DNA of 64,000 nucleotides from an uncultured Armatimonadetes bacterium (GCA_963716175.1 OY970296.1:2528001-2592000), one strand, 5' to 3'. Shown: positions 9,362-19,241, numbered from the stretch's first letter. Notes: generated by a model from the letters alone, not told the origin. Numbers and translations are program-made.

Positions 9362-10549
9362 ATGATCGGTTTCACGAAACTGCTCTGCGGGAAGGCCACG
9401 GTGTCCCGCGCCCTGCGCCAGGCCGCGGGTGGGCTACAACGAGACCCGGCCTTACTGCAGTTCACTACTGCTCACCGTCCCCTCGTGGTCTGGAACACGA
9501 CCGCCCGCTGCAATCTCCGGTGCGCTCACTGCTACAACGATGCCGGGCCTCAGGCCAGCGGCGAACTCAGCACCGCGGAGGCCGAGGGCCTGATTGATGA
9601 TCTGGCGCAGATGGAAGTCCCGGTGCTTCTGTTCTCCGGCGGCGAGCCCGTGCTCAGGGATGACATCTTGCATCTCGCCGCCTACGCCTTTGATCGCGGA
9701 CTGCGCCCTGTGCTTTCCACCAACGGGACGCTGATTGACGCCGAGGTGGCGCAGGCGCTCGCCCGGGCCCGCCTCCAGTACATCGGGGTTTCGATTGACG
9801 GCCTGCCGGACACCCACGATCGCTTCCGCTGCCAGGAAGGGGCCTGCGCCGCGGCTTGGCAGGGGGTTCGCAGCGCCCGCGACGCGGGCCTGCGGACTGG
9901 CGTCCGCTTCACCGTCACGCGCGAGAACGTGGATGAGCTGCCCGGCGTTCTTGACCAGGCCGTCTCGGAAGGGGTAAACCGCTTCTGCCTCTACCACCTG
10001 GTCTACTGCGGGCGCGGCGCCGCGCTCGCCGACCGCGATCTCTCCCCGGCGCGCCGCCGCGAAATGATCCAGTGGCTGGTGCGCAGAACCGAGGAGCTTC
10101 ACCATCAGGGCCGCGAGATCGAGATCCTGACCACCGACCAGCATGCGGACGGCGTCTTCCTCTATCGCCTGATCGCGCAGCGCGATCCCAACCGGGCGGC
10201 CGAGGTGCTAGAGCTGCTGGGCATGCACGGCGGGTGCTCGGCCGGCACGAAGTTCGCCAACATTGATGCTCAGGGCAATGTGCACCCCTGCCAGTTCTGG
10301 GGGCACGAAGCCGTCGGCAATGTGCGCGAGCGCCCTTTCTCTCGCATCTGGCGAGACCCCGATCAACCTGTGCTCTGCGGACTGCGAGAGCTGCAGCAGC
10401 AGCTGCGAGGCCGCTGTCGGGAATGCGCCTACCGGCATTACTGCGGAGGCTGTCGCATCCGCGCCCAGGCCGTCAGCGGCGACCTCTGGGGCCCCGACCC
10501 GGCCTGCTATCTGAGCGATGAAGAGATAGCCGCCGAGGCGGTGTCGTAG
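9362..10549 (+). CDS. ahbC: Radical SAM/SPASM protein, AhbC/NirJ1-type 12,18-didecarboxysiroheme deacetylase
   Basis: MIGFTKLLCG N-terminus; VVWNTTARCNLRCAHCY; YHLVYCGRG; SPASM cysteines; next to ahbAB. Confidence 0.85.
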   Translation: MIGFTKLLCGKATVSRALRQAAGGLQRDPALLQFTTAHRPLVVWNTTARCNLRCAHCYNDAGPQASGELSTAEAEGLIDDLAQMEVPVLLFSGGEPVLRDDILHLAAYAFDRGLRPVLSTNGTLIDAEVAQALARARLQYIGVSIDGLPDTHDRFRCQEGACAAAWQGVRSARDAGLRTGVRFTVTRENVDELPGVLDQAVSEGVNRFCLYHLVYCGRGAALADRDLSPARRREMIQWLVRRTEELHHQGREIEILTTDQHADGVFLYRLIAQRDPNRAAEVLELLGMHGGCSAGTKFANIDAQGNVHPCQFWGHEAVGNVRERPFSRIWRDPDQPVLCGLRELQQQLRGRCRECAYRHYCGGCRIRAQAVSGDLWGPDPACYLSDEEIAAEAVS

Positions 10550-11575
10550 ATGGAGGGAGCGCCGGACCTGGCCCCGGAAGACAAGGCCCTCCTCACGCTT
10601 GCCCAGGCCTCCTTTCCCTTGGTGCAGAGGCCCTTCGCCGCGCTTGCCGGCAAGGTGGGTCTGAGCGAGGAAGCCGTGATCGCCCGGATGACCGCGCTGA
10701 AGGCATCGGGCCTGATTCGCAAGATCGGCCCCGTGTTCGAGCCCGCGCGGCTCGGCCTCACGACTGAGCTGGTGGCGGTGGAAGTGGCGCCGCCAGACCT
10801 GGAGACGGCCGGGGCCGCGGTGGCGGCCTGGCCTCCGGTGACGCATTGCTACGCCCGCGAGCACCGCGTCAACCTCTGGTTCACTGGCGCCGCATCCGGG
10901 GAGGCCTGGTTTGCGTGCGCCGCGGCTCGTGCCGCCGCCCTTCCCGGGGTGTGCGGCGTATGGCGGCTCCCGGCGGTGCGGCGCTTCAAGATCGCGGTCC
11001 ACTTCGACCTGATGGCCGGTCCCGATCCCCCCGCGGGTCGGACTTGCCCTTCACCGTCCGAGACGCCCGCACCGCCTCCGCCCCGGTGGTCTGGCTCCGA
11101 TCTCTCGCTGCTGCGAGCGGTGGAGGCCGATCTGCCTCTATGCCCCGAGCCCTTTGCTGCGCTCGCCTCCTCTCTCGCCATGGCGCCCGAGGACCTCCTG
11201 GGGAACTTGCGCCAGTGGGTGGCCGATGGTCGCATCCGGCGCTATGGCGCATTGGTGAACCACCGGCGCCTCGGGTTCGTCGCCAATGCGATGACCGTCT
11301 GGTCGGTGCCAGATGACCGTCTGGAGACGGTCGGGCGGTGTCTCGCGACCTCGCCCTCCGTCTCCCACTGCTACCAGCGTCCGGCCTTCCCGGATTTCCC
11401 TCACAACCTCTATGCGATGGTGCACGCTCAATCCCGGGCCAGGTGTCTCGACTTGATCCGGGAGCTTTCCCGCAAGTGCGGAGCGGGCGATCCCGTCCCG
11501 CTCTTCTCCACCAGGGAGTTCAAGAAGGCCGCCCCTCGCTACTCCGAGCTGCTTACCTCCGGCCCGTTGCTGTAG
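10550..11575 (+). CDS. ahbAB: Siroheme decarboxylase, fused AhbA-AhbB (NirDL/NirGH-like)
   Basis: Two Lrp/AsnC-like halves: FPLVQRPF...VTHCYAR...NLWFT and LPLCPEPF...VSHCYQRP...NLYAMVH...REFKK. Confidence 0.88.
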   Translation: MEGAPDLAPEDKALLTLAQASFPLVQRPFAALAGKVGLSEEAVIARMTALKASGLIRKIGPVFEPARLGLTTELVAVEVAPPDLETAGAAVAAWPPVTHCYAREHRVNLWFTGAASGEAWFACAAARAAALPGVCGVWRLPAVRRFKIAVHFDLMAGPDPPAGRTCPSPSETPAPPPPRWSGSDLSLLRAVEADLPLCPEPFAALASSLAMAPEDLLGNLRQWVADGRIRRYGALVNHRRLGFVANAMTVWSVPDDRLETVGRCLATSPSVSHCYQRPAFPDFPHNLYAMVHAQSRARCLDLIRELSRKCGAGDPVPLFSTREFKKAAPRYSELLTSGPLL

Positions 11576-11648
11576 GGCGGGCATGTGGCTAGGTCGCCAG
11601 TGGGCGACCGCCATCCCGGCCTTCAGGCCTAGGGACCCATGCCCGCCC
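11571..11648 (+). repeat. GTAG-type REP element overlapping the ahbAB stop codon
   Basis: tgtagggcgggcatg...catgcccgccc. Confidence 0.7.
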
Positions 11649-11755
11649 AGGTGCGAGCCTGGCCCCGCAGACAACCCCTGGTGACCTCGCGCGGCCCCGT
11701 CACTCTTTCTTCTTGCTTTTTTCCCCGAACTTTCGGCGGGCCCGCTCCGGCCGCG

Positions 11756-11818
11756 CTTGACACCGGGCAGCGGGGATGAGATAGTATTTCCGAGTATTCC
11801 GATTCGAAAGATAGGAAA
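11756..11818 (+). promoter_or_regulatory. Sigma70-like promoter and putative Rrf2/IscR-type autoregulatory operator
   Basis: TTGACA at 11756 with an AT-rich -10-like tract about 17-19 nt downstream; imperfect palindrome TTCCGAT-N7-ATAGGAA directly before the start codon. Confidence 0.55.
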
Positions 11819-12265
11819 ATGCTAAAGCTTTCCACTCGATCCCGCTACGCCTTGCGCGCGATGATTGAACTCGCCCGCCACGAGGGCCGCGGCCCGGTGC
11901 TGCTGCGCCGGGTGGCAGAGGCGCAGCGGATCTCCCCAAAGTACCTGGAGCAGCTCACTATCCCCCTCCGCAGGGCTGGGTTGCTGCGGGGTGAGAGAGG
12001 GCCGAGCGGCGGCTACGAACTTGCCAAGCCGGCCCCGGAGATCACTGCCCTGGACATCGTGGCTGCCGTCGAAGGGCCCTTGGACTTGCTGAGCTGTGTT
12101 GGCAACGCGACCGCGTGCGATCGCACCGCCACCTGTGCCGCGCGCCAGCTCTGGGTGCGAGTGGGCGAGGCCATGAGCAGAGCGCTGGCACGGGAGACGT
12201 TGGCCGACCTCAGCGAAAGCCAGCGCGCGGCGAGCCAGGCCGACGCCTTCTCCTACCAGATCTGA
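11819..12265 (+). CDS. Rrf2 family transcriptional regulator (IscR/CymR-like)
   Basis: LSTRSRYALRAM, YLEQL, RGPSGGY; three C-terminal Cys; ends with YQI. Confidence 0.92.
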   Translation: MLKLSTRSRYALRAMIELARHEGRGPVLLRRVAEAQRISPKYLEQLTIPLRRAGLLRGERGPSGGYELAKPAPEITALDIVAAVEGPLDLLSCVGNATACDRTATCAARQLWVRVGEAMSRALARETLADLSESQRAASQADAFSYQI

Positions 12266-12298
12266 CCCTGGGAGAGAGCGACACACCAGGAGGTTCGC

Positions 12299-13468
12299 GT
12301 GGAGCAAGTCTACTTCGACCATGCCGCTACCACCCCGCCTCGACCTGAAGTCATCCAGGCTATGCTGCCTTACCTTGCCGACAAGTGGGGTAACCCCTCC
12401 AGCCTGCACGTGACGGGCGTTCGCGCGCTCGAAGGCATGGAGCGAGCGCGCGAACACGTTTCAGCGCTGTTGGGCGCCCAGCCTGACGAGATCGTGTTCA
12501 CCGGCAGCGGCACCGAGGCCGATAACCACGCCCTGATCGGCGTCAGCCGCGCCCTGCGGGATAGAGGCGACCACATCATCACTTCTGCCGTCGAGCACCA
12601 TGCCGTTCTTCACACCGCCGTTTTCCTCCAGGAGTGCGGCGTACAGGTCACCCTCCTGCCAGTAGACGGGTCGGGCATGGTTGACCCCGGGGATGTGGCG
12701 GCGGCGATCACGGATCGCACCATTCTTGTCTCCATCATGCATGCCAATAACGAAGTGGGCACGGTTCAGCCTATCGCTGAGATCGGCGCCATCTGCCGGG
12801 AGCGAGATGTGCTCTTTCACAGCGATGCCGTCCAGACCGTCGGCCATCTCCCATTGGGGGTGAGAGAAACCCACGTGGATCTGCTCTCCTTGTCTGCCCA
12901 CAAGCTCTATGGGCCCAAGGGCGTGGGCGCGCTGTACGTGCGGCAGGGCACGCGGTTACGCTCCTACCTGCACGGAGGAGGTCAGGAGCGAGGCCGGCGG
13001 GCCAGCACCGAGAACGTGCCGGGCATCATCGGCCTGGGCGAAGCTGCGCGGCTGGCGCGCGAGGATATGACGTGGGAGATTGGCCACAACACTGAGCTTC
13101 GTTCCCTGCTGATCCATGGTGTGTGCGAGCAAGTGACGGATGTCGTCGTGACCGGTCATCCGGACTGCCGGCTGCCGAACAACGCCAGTTTCTGCTTCGC
13201 TGGTGTGGAAGGCGAGTCTATCCTCCTCAACCTCGATCTTGAGGGGTTCGCGGTCTCCTCCGGTTCGGCCTGCACCTCCGGCGCGCTTGAACCATTCCAC
13301 GTGCTGCTGGCAATGGGAATCCCGCATGAGATTGCTCGCGGTTCTGTGCGCGTCAGCGTGGGCCGCGACAGCACCGTGGAACAGGTGCAGCGATTCCTCG
13401 AAGTCCTCCCTCGGGTCGTGGCGCGATTGCGCGGCATGTCCCCGATTGCTCCGGCCGTTTCCCGGTGA
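12299..13468 (+). CDS. nifS: Cysteine desulfurase (NifS/IscS type)
   Basis: YFDHAATTP, SAHKLYGPKG (PLP Lys), SSGSACTS. Confidence 0.95.
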   Translation: MEQVYFDHAATTPPRPEVIQAMLPYLADKWGNPSSLHVTGVRALEGMERAREHVSALLGAQPDEIVFTGSGTEADNHALIGVSRALRDRGDHIITSAVEHHAVLHTAVFLQECGVQVTLLPVDGSGMVDPGDVAAAITDRTILVSIMHANNEVGTVQPIAEIGAICRERDVLFHSDAVQTVGHLPLGVRETHVDLLSLSAHKLYGPKGVGALYVRQGTRLRSYLHGGGQERGRRASTENVPGIIGLGEAARLAREDMTWEIGHNTELRSLLIHGVCEQVTDVVVTGHPDCRLPNNASFCFAGVEGESILLNLDLEGFAVSSGSACTSGALEPFHVLLAMGIPHEIARGSVRVSVGRDSTVEQVQRFLEVLPRVVARLRGMSPIAPAVSR

Positions 13469-13475
13469 AGATAGC

Positions 13476-13712
13476 ATGACGGCCCCTGAGCCCGACGCGA
13501 CCATTGACCTGCGAGGCACCCCCTGTCCCCTGAACTGGGTGAAGACGAAGCTGAGGTTGGAGCGGATGCAGCCGGGTCAGGTGCTGGAGGTGGTCGTGGA
13601 CGATGGCGCCCCTGCCCGAAACGTCCCGCGCAGTGTCGAGGCCGAGGGGCATCGGGTGTTGGCCATGACCAACGGCGCTGGGCGAGTCCGCATCTTGATC
13701 CAACGGCAATGA
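13476..13712 (+). CDS. tusA: TusA/SirA family sulfurtransferase
   Basis: IDLRGTPCPLNWVKTKL...GQVLEVVVDD. Confidence 0.88.
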   Translation: MTAPEPDATIDLRGTPCPLNWVKTKLRLERMQPGQVLEVVVDDGAPARNVPRSVEAEGHRVLAMTNGAGRVRILIQRQ

Positions 13713-13892
13713 CCCTGGAGGGGAGGCGCGGCTTTGGTTGACGGCGATGACTGTCCTTACCCGAGAGCTGAGAGACTGCTACAGTCGGCGCATCCAGGCG
13801 AACGGACTCGGGGGCGGCGGCCAGCCTGGACGCCTGGCCGCCGCCAGAGGCTAGGGGCACTCCCGCCCCAGATGCTGAGCTAGGGCCGATCC

Positions 13893-14879
13893 TTGTCATA
13901 CCCCGTCTTACTGGTGGTCTTTGCAGCCTTCGGCCTCGCCTACGGCCTCGTGCTCCAGCGCAGCCGCTTCTGCTTCGCCCGCGCCGCGTACGAGCTATTC
14001 CTGCTGCGCAGCCGCGATGCGCTCGACGGCGTGATGGCCGCGCTCCTCATCACCACCCTTGGGTTCGGCGCCGTCACCCTGGGCCTTCTCCATCGTGGCC
14101 TCCGGGCCGAAAGCCACCTCCTGATACTCCCGGTTGGCCCCGGAATTGCTCTCGGCGCGTTCGCCTTCGGTCTGGGCATGGCTCTCGTCGGCATGTGCGC
14201 CTCTGGCACGCTCCAGCGGATGGGGGAGGGCTATGCCATCGCCTGGCTGTCATTGGCCGGGATCATCGCTGGCGCCGCCCTGGATCCAGGCCGCGGTGGG
14301 GCCACGGCCTGGCTCAGCCATCCAGGCTACGCGCTCTCGCTGGGCCAGTGGACCAGTCCAGCCGCCGGGTTCCTGCTGACTCTCTCGGCGCTGGCCCTGA
14401 TCTGGGTGGCGCTCACGCGCCGCAGAAGCTCCCGCAGGGCGGAATCTCTCGCTGCGCCTGTCATTGGGGGCGCGCTGCTGGGCCTGCTGAACACTGCTCA
14501 GCTTGCCCTGGCGTCGCCGTGGACGGTCGGCTATCCCCTCGCCCTGGTTCCCTCCCTGTGGTCGCGGCACGCATCAGGGACCGATGTCCGCGGCGCTTTG
14601 CCGCTTCTGGTGCTGGACACCTGCATGGTGGCTGGGGCCCTGGTCGCGGCCGCCGCCCAGGGCGGGCTGCGCCTGCGCTGGCCTCGGCGATTCGGCGAAG
14701 CCTTCCGGGCGCTGGCCGGCGGGGTGCTGATGGGCTTCGGCATCAAGCTCGCGCACGGCTGCAATGTGGGTGGCATCCTCAGCGCCCTCCCTTCGCTCTC
14801 CCTCAGCGCCTGGCTCTATCTTCCCTCCATGCTGCTCGGGGCCTGGTTCGGGGTCAAGCTGATCTCGAAGTGGAGCTAG
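13893..14879 (+). CDS. YeeE/YedE family sulfur compound (thiosulfate) transporter
   Basis: LQRSRFCF, GMCASG and GCNVGG motifs; many TM helices. Confidence 0.88.
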   Translation: MSYPVLLVVFAAFGLAYGLVLQRSRFCFARAAYELFLLRSRDALDGVMAALLITTLGFGAVTLGLLHRGLRAESHLLILPVGPGIALGAFAFGLGMALVGMCASGTLQRMGEGYAIAWLSLAGIIAGAALDPGRGGATAWLSHPGYALSLGQWTSPAAGFLLTLSALALIWVALTRRRSSRRAESLAAPVIGGALLGLLNTAQLALASPWTVGYPLALVPSLWSRHASGTDVRGALPLLVLDTCMVAGALVAAAAQGGLRLRWPRRFGEAFRALAGGVLMGFGIKLAHGCNVGGILSALPSLSLSAWLYLPSMLLGAWFGVKLISKWS

Positions 14880-14884
14880 CGCCC

Positions 14885-14956
14885 GCCGTGGCAGGCGCAT
14901 TTCATGCGAGGGCGTGGTGCGGCCAGCCAGCAGGTAGGTTATGAAATGCGCTCTAG
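14885..14956. repeat. 72-nt dispersed repeat (70/72 identical to 49804-49875) with an internal inverted repeat, ending in CTAG
   Basis: Direct comparison; gcgcatttcat...atgaaatgcgc. Confidence 0.85.
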
Positions 14957-15029
14957 CCGCATGCCCGCCCTACAGGGCTTCGCGGCCGCGCTGGAGGAAA
15001 GCGCCTCAGCACCCAGAAGCTCAAGCTCG

Positions 15030-16145
15030 ATGAAACCTCGCAGGGATCAAGGGTTCGCACGCCGGGATTTCCTGAAGGCCGCCGCGGCCGCCGCGTTGGC
15101 GGTGGCCTTCGCCCCGGCCTGTGGGACTGGCGCAGCGCAGAAGGAGAAGAGAGTGGCCGCTCAGAGTTCGCTGCCGCGGTGGCGCGGGTTCAACCTGCTG
15201 GAGATGTTCACCACGCAGAGTGACGGCAACTGGCAGGAGGATGACTTCCGCTGGATGCGGGACTGGGGTTTCGACTTCGTGCGCCTGCCGCTCTGCTACA
15301 CGCTGTGGATAGAGGGTGACGATGTCTACCAGCTCCACGAACCGGGTCTGGCGAAGGTGGACCGGGCGGTAGAGCTGGGCCGCAAGCACGGCGTTCATGT
15401 GAACATCGCCTTCCATCGGGGCCCGGGCTATAGCGTCAACGAGGAGCGGAAGGAGCCCTTCAACCTGTGGAAGGATCAGGAGGCGCTCGATGCTTTCTGC
15501 TTCCACTGGCAAGCTTTCGCCCAGCGCTACAAGGGCATTCCCTCCTCCCAGGTCACCTTCAACCTGATCAACGAGCCCGCGGCGCCAGTGGCCGAGATGA
15601 CGCGGGAGGACCACAAGCGCGTGGTCAAGACCGCCACCGAGACCATTCGCAGGGTGGATCCCGATCGGCTGGTGATCGCGGATGGGGTGGAGTGGGCGAG
15701 TGTGCCGTGCCCGGAGCTGGCCGACGTGAAGGTGGCGCAGAGCTGCCGCGCCTACACGCCTCACACGCTGAGCCACTATCGAGCGGAATGGGTGGACTCT
15801 CAGGGCTGGCCTCTTCCGAAATGGCCTGGCCAGCCGGAGGAGGATAGGATCTGGGACCGCAAGGCGCTGGAGGAGCACTACCGGCCCTGGGCGGATCTGG
15901 CGCGGCAGGGCATCGGTGTGCACTGCGGGGAGGGAGGCGCCTACAACAAGACTCCGCATCCGGTGGTGCTGGCCTGGCTGCGGGATGTGATGGAGATCCT
16001 GAAGGGGCACAACATCGGCTACGCCCTCTGGAACTTCCGCGGCTCCTTCGGCATCCTCGACTCCGAGCGCGGCGATGTCAGCTACGAAGACTTCCACGGC
16101 CATCAGCTAGACCGGAAGCTGCTCGCCCTTCTGCAGGAGTGCTAG
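15030..16145 (+). CDS. Tat-exported glycoside hydrolase family 5
   Basis: RRDFLK Tat motif; RGFNL, DFVRLP, FNLINEP (acid/base), CGEGG (nucleophile). Confidence 0.88.
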   Translation: MKPRRDQGFARRDFLKAAAAAALAVAFAPACGTGAAQKEKRVAAQSSLPRWRGFNLLEMFTTQSDGNWQEDDFRWMRDWGFDFVRLPLCYTLWIEGDDVYQLHEPGLAKVDRAVELGRKHGVHVNIAFHRGPGYSVNEERKEPFNLWKDQEALDAFCFHWQAFAQRYKGIPSSQVTFNLINEPAAPVAEMTREDHKRVVKTATETIRRVDPDRLVIADGVEWASVPCPELADVKVAQSCRAYTPHTLSHYRAEWVDSQGWPLPKWPGQPEEDRIWDRKALEEHYRPWADLARQGIGVHCGEGGAYNKTPHPVVLAWLRDVMEILKGHNIGYALWNFRGSFGILDSERGDVSYEDFHGHQLDRKLLALLQEC

Positions 16146-16155
16146 CGGCAACGAG

Positions 16156-18085
16156 ATGGCCGTGAGAGGCGCTGGTCGGCCCCTGACACCGCGCTCCGTG
16201 GCCATCGGCCTGGTGGGCAGCGCGGTGGTGACGGTCTGGATCCACCACGCTGAGCTGGTGCTGGGAGGGGACCGCGGCCACACCGCGCTGGCCAATACCT
16301 CCATCCCCGTCGGGGCCTTCGCAGTGCTGGTGGCCTTGGTGGCGGCACGGGTGGTGTTGCCCAGGCTGGCGCTCACCCAGGGTGAGCTGATCGCCGCCTA
16401 CGCGATGATGACGGTCTCGACCGTGCTCGCCTCCAGCGGCGGGATCCACTTCCTGGTGCCCACGCTGGCCGCCGCCTTCCATTTCGCCACCCCGGCCAAC
16501 CAGTGGGCCTACTTCCATCAGTGGATCCCCACCTGGTTTGCCCCGCGGGACAGAGATGCCCTCGATGCCTTCTATGTCGGTGGCTCGCCGGTCCCGGTCG
16601 GCGTCTGGTTGACCCCGTTTCTGGTGTGGGGAGGGTTCCTGCTCGCCTTCGTCTCCGCCAGCCTCTTCCTATCGGCGATCCTGCGGCGGCCCTGGGTTGA
16701 CCACGAGCGGCTGACCTTTCCCACCGTGGTCTTGCCTCTGGAGTTGACTGACCCGGCCGGGTCGCTGCTCCGGGACAAGCTGATGTGGATCGGGTTCGGT
16801 GTGGCCTTCGGCATCGGCACCATCAACAACCTCCACTTGAATTTCCCCGCCATCCCGGGCATCGAGGTGCGCTCTATTGACGTCTCGTCCTGGTTCCCCG
16901 ACCCGCCCTGGAGCGCGGTGGGCTACCTGCCTGTCTCCTTCTACCCCTTCGTGTTGGGCATCGCTTATCTGCTCTCCCTGGAGGTCACGTTCAGCTACTG
17001 GTTCTTCTTTCTGCTGAGCAGGGCGGAGCTGGTGGCCTGCGCCGCGGGCGGCTGGCGGCAGGCCTGGGCGCCGATGGCGACGGACCCGCCCTATCTCCAG
17101 AACCAGGGGGCCGGCGCCTTCCTGGCGCTGGCCATGGTCTCGCTGTGGATGAGCCGCAGCTACCTGGGTCAGGTGCTGAGGCGAGCGGCCGGGGTCAGGG
17201 GAGGGGCGAGCGGAGAGGAACGGGAGCCGCTGCCCTACCGGTGGGCGGTCCTCGGGTTCGCGGCTGCGCTGGGGGCCCTGATCTACTTCTGCTGGCGCGG
17301 CGGGCATGAGCCCGCGGCTGGCGCTGCTCGCCTTCGGGCTGGTGTTCCTCTATCTGATTGCAGCCACCCGCATCCGGGCCGAGGCTGGCAACGCCTGGCT
17401 GTTCGGGCCGGAGATCGACCCCAACACCCTGATCACAGAGACCCTGGGCGCGGGCCACCTCAGGCCCGTAGATCTGACGGTGATGGCCTATCTGCGTTCG
17501 GTGACGACCTTCGACATGCGCTGCGCCTCCATGCCCCATCAGCTCGATGGCTTTCGCATGGCGATGGCGGCGGGAGTCTCGCTGCGCCAGTTGGTATGGG
17601 CCATGCTGGCCGCGGTGGCAGTCGTGATCACCGTCGGCTTCTGGAGCGGGCTGGCGATATGGTACCACCTGGGGGCGAGCGCCAAGACCGACTGGTGGCG
17701 CACAGAAATGGGGATGGTCCCCTTCCTGGAGCTGCAGGCCCAGCTCATCTCGCCCAGCCGGCCCGACTATCTGGCCGCCAGTTTCGACGGCGTGGGCTTC
17801 CTGGTCACCTGCCTGTTGGCCTTCCTGCGCATGCGGTTCCTCTGGTTCCCCTTCCATCCCGTGGGCTATGCCATGGCCAACACCTATGCCTGGGGCCAGC
17901 TCCCCATGCCCTTCTTCCTGGCCTGGCTGACCAAGACTCTGGTCCTGCGCTACGGAGGGATGCGGCTCTACCGGCGCTCCCTGCCTCTCTTCCTGGGGCT
18001 GATCCTGGGGGACTTCGTGAATGGCGCCCTCTACACCCTGATGGGCGCGGTGGTGCAGATGAACGTGTATCCGGTGAACTGGTGA
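16156..18085 (+). CDS. Polytopic membrane protein, DUF6785/DUF6784-like putative oligopeptide transporter; frameshift near 17300
   Basis: ILRRPWVDHERLTFP and WFPFHPVGYA motifs; C-terminal half continues in ORF 17306-18085. Confidence 0.75.
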
Positions 18086-18091
18086 GTCGCT

Positions 18092-18138
18092 TGTAGGGCG
18101 GGTATGCCCCGAAGCCGCAGTGAAGGGGCATGCCCGCC
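18092..18138. repeat. GTAG-type REP element between convergent genes
   Basis: tgtagggcgggtatgcccc...ggggcatgcccgcc. Confidence 0.7.
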
Positions 18139-18186
18139 GCTCTCGTTGGGCAGGATCCTCCCTCCTGCCCCTCCCAGATCGCCGAC

Positions 18187-19167
18187 CTAATCCTTCGCCA
18201 GCTCCGCCCCCAGCTTCACCCCGGCGATGACGCGGGGCAGCCGCTCCTTCTTGGGGTCAAGCGGCTCACCCGCCAGGCCGTTGACGATGTCCGTGACACT
18301 GCCCCAGGTGGTGCACAGGTAGCCGAGCATGAGCGGGCCCGATTCCTTCCTCGCCACCTCGATGAAGCGCCGGATGCTCTTCTCCTGGTTCCAGCCCCCC
18401 GGCCACACCCGGAAGCCCTTGTCCTGGAAGAACCGGATAGAGGGGAACTCCATGTTCACTGTCTCGTAATGCCAATCACACATCACGATATCCTTGGCGA
18501 CCATGTCAATGGCCTGCCAGGTATCGTTCTCACTGCTCTCCCACAGGCCATAGCCCATGGTCTTGGCGTCGAGCAAGCGGTCGCCCCACATCTGCATCTC
18601 CACCTTGCGGCGGCCGACCAGGTGAGAGTGGAGGTCATTGACTGACTTGGCGAAGAGCTGGGCATTGGCCGTGCCCTTGCAGCGGGGGCAATGGCCGATG
18701 ATGAAGACCTCATCCATTCCCACGTGGAAGGCATCGGCGCCGAAGGCATCGAGCAGCTCATCGAAGAGATCGAAGACGATGCCGTTCACGCCCGGGTGGT
18801 TCGGGCACCAGCTCATGCAGTAGAAATCCTTCGCCGTCGCATCCGCGTCGGGCGCTTCATTGAACTCGGGATGCGAGCGCAGCAGCGCCGCGGCCCGCTC
18901 CTTCCACGATTGGTGGCCCAGGCAGTTGTACATGGGGACCAGGCGGATGCCGTTCTTCCGCGCCAGCGCGGCCAGCCTCTGGGCCTCGGCTTTGCTGATA
19001 GCATCCGACTCCGCCGCTTCCGGGTGGCTGGTGTACCGGAAGTGACCGTTGACCTCCACGATCACCCAGTTCAGCCCCAGCGCAGGCGCCACCTCTCCCA
19101 CCAGCCGCTCCAGCGCCGGCACCGCCGACCCGCCCGAGGCCATCACGTGAATCCCTCGCCGCTCCAT
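18187..19167 (-). CDS. Family 20-like glycoside hydrolase (hexosaminidase-type TIM barrel)
   Basis: PMYNCLGHQSW, FHVGMDEV (DE catalytic pair), MWGD, CDWHY. Confidence 0.8.
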   Translation of the reverse strand: MERRGIHVMASGGSAVPALERLVGEVAPALGLNWVIVEVNGHFRYTSHPEAAESDAISKAEAQRLAALARKNGIRLVPMYNCLGHQSWKERAAALLRSHPEFNEAPDADATAKDFYCMSWCPNHPGVNGIVFDLFDELLDAFGADAFHVGMDEVFIIGHCPRCKGTANAQLFAKSVNDLHSHLVGRRKVEMQMWGDRLLDAKTMGYGLWESSENDTWQAIDMVAKDIVMCDWHYETVNMEFPSIRFFQDKGFRVWPGGWNQEKSIRRFIEVARKESGPLMLGYLCTTWGSVTDIVNGLAGEPLDPKKERLPRVIAGVKLGAELAKD

Positions 19168-19241
19168 GCTCTTCTCCTTCCGCTCGCAGTGGTTGCCGCT
19201 GTTCTTGTCCGACCTCCCCCCCTATCCCTGCCTACGGCTGG

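Noticed and set aside
14904-15029. Extended N-termini given by the ORF track for GH5 (also CooS 33275, Rieske 6304, MetF 38787)
   Set aside because: The extensions run through repeats or upstream genes; downstream starts match the family N-termini
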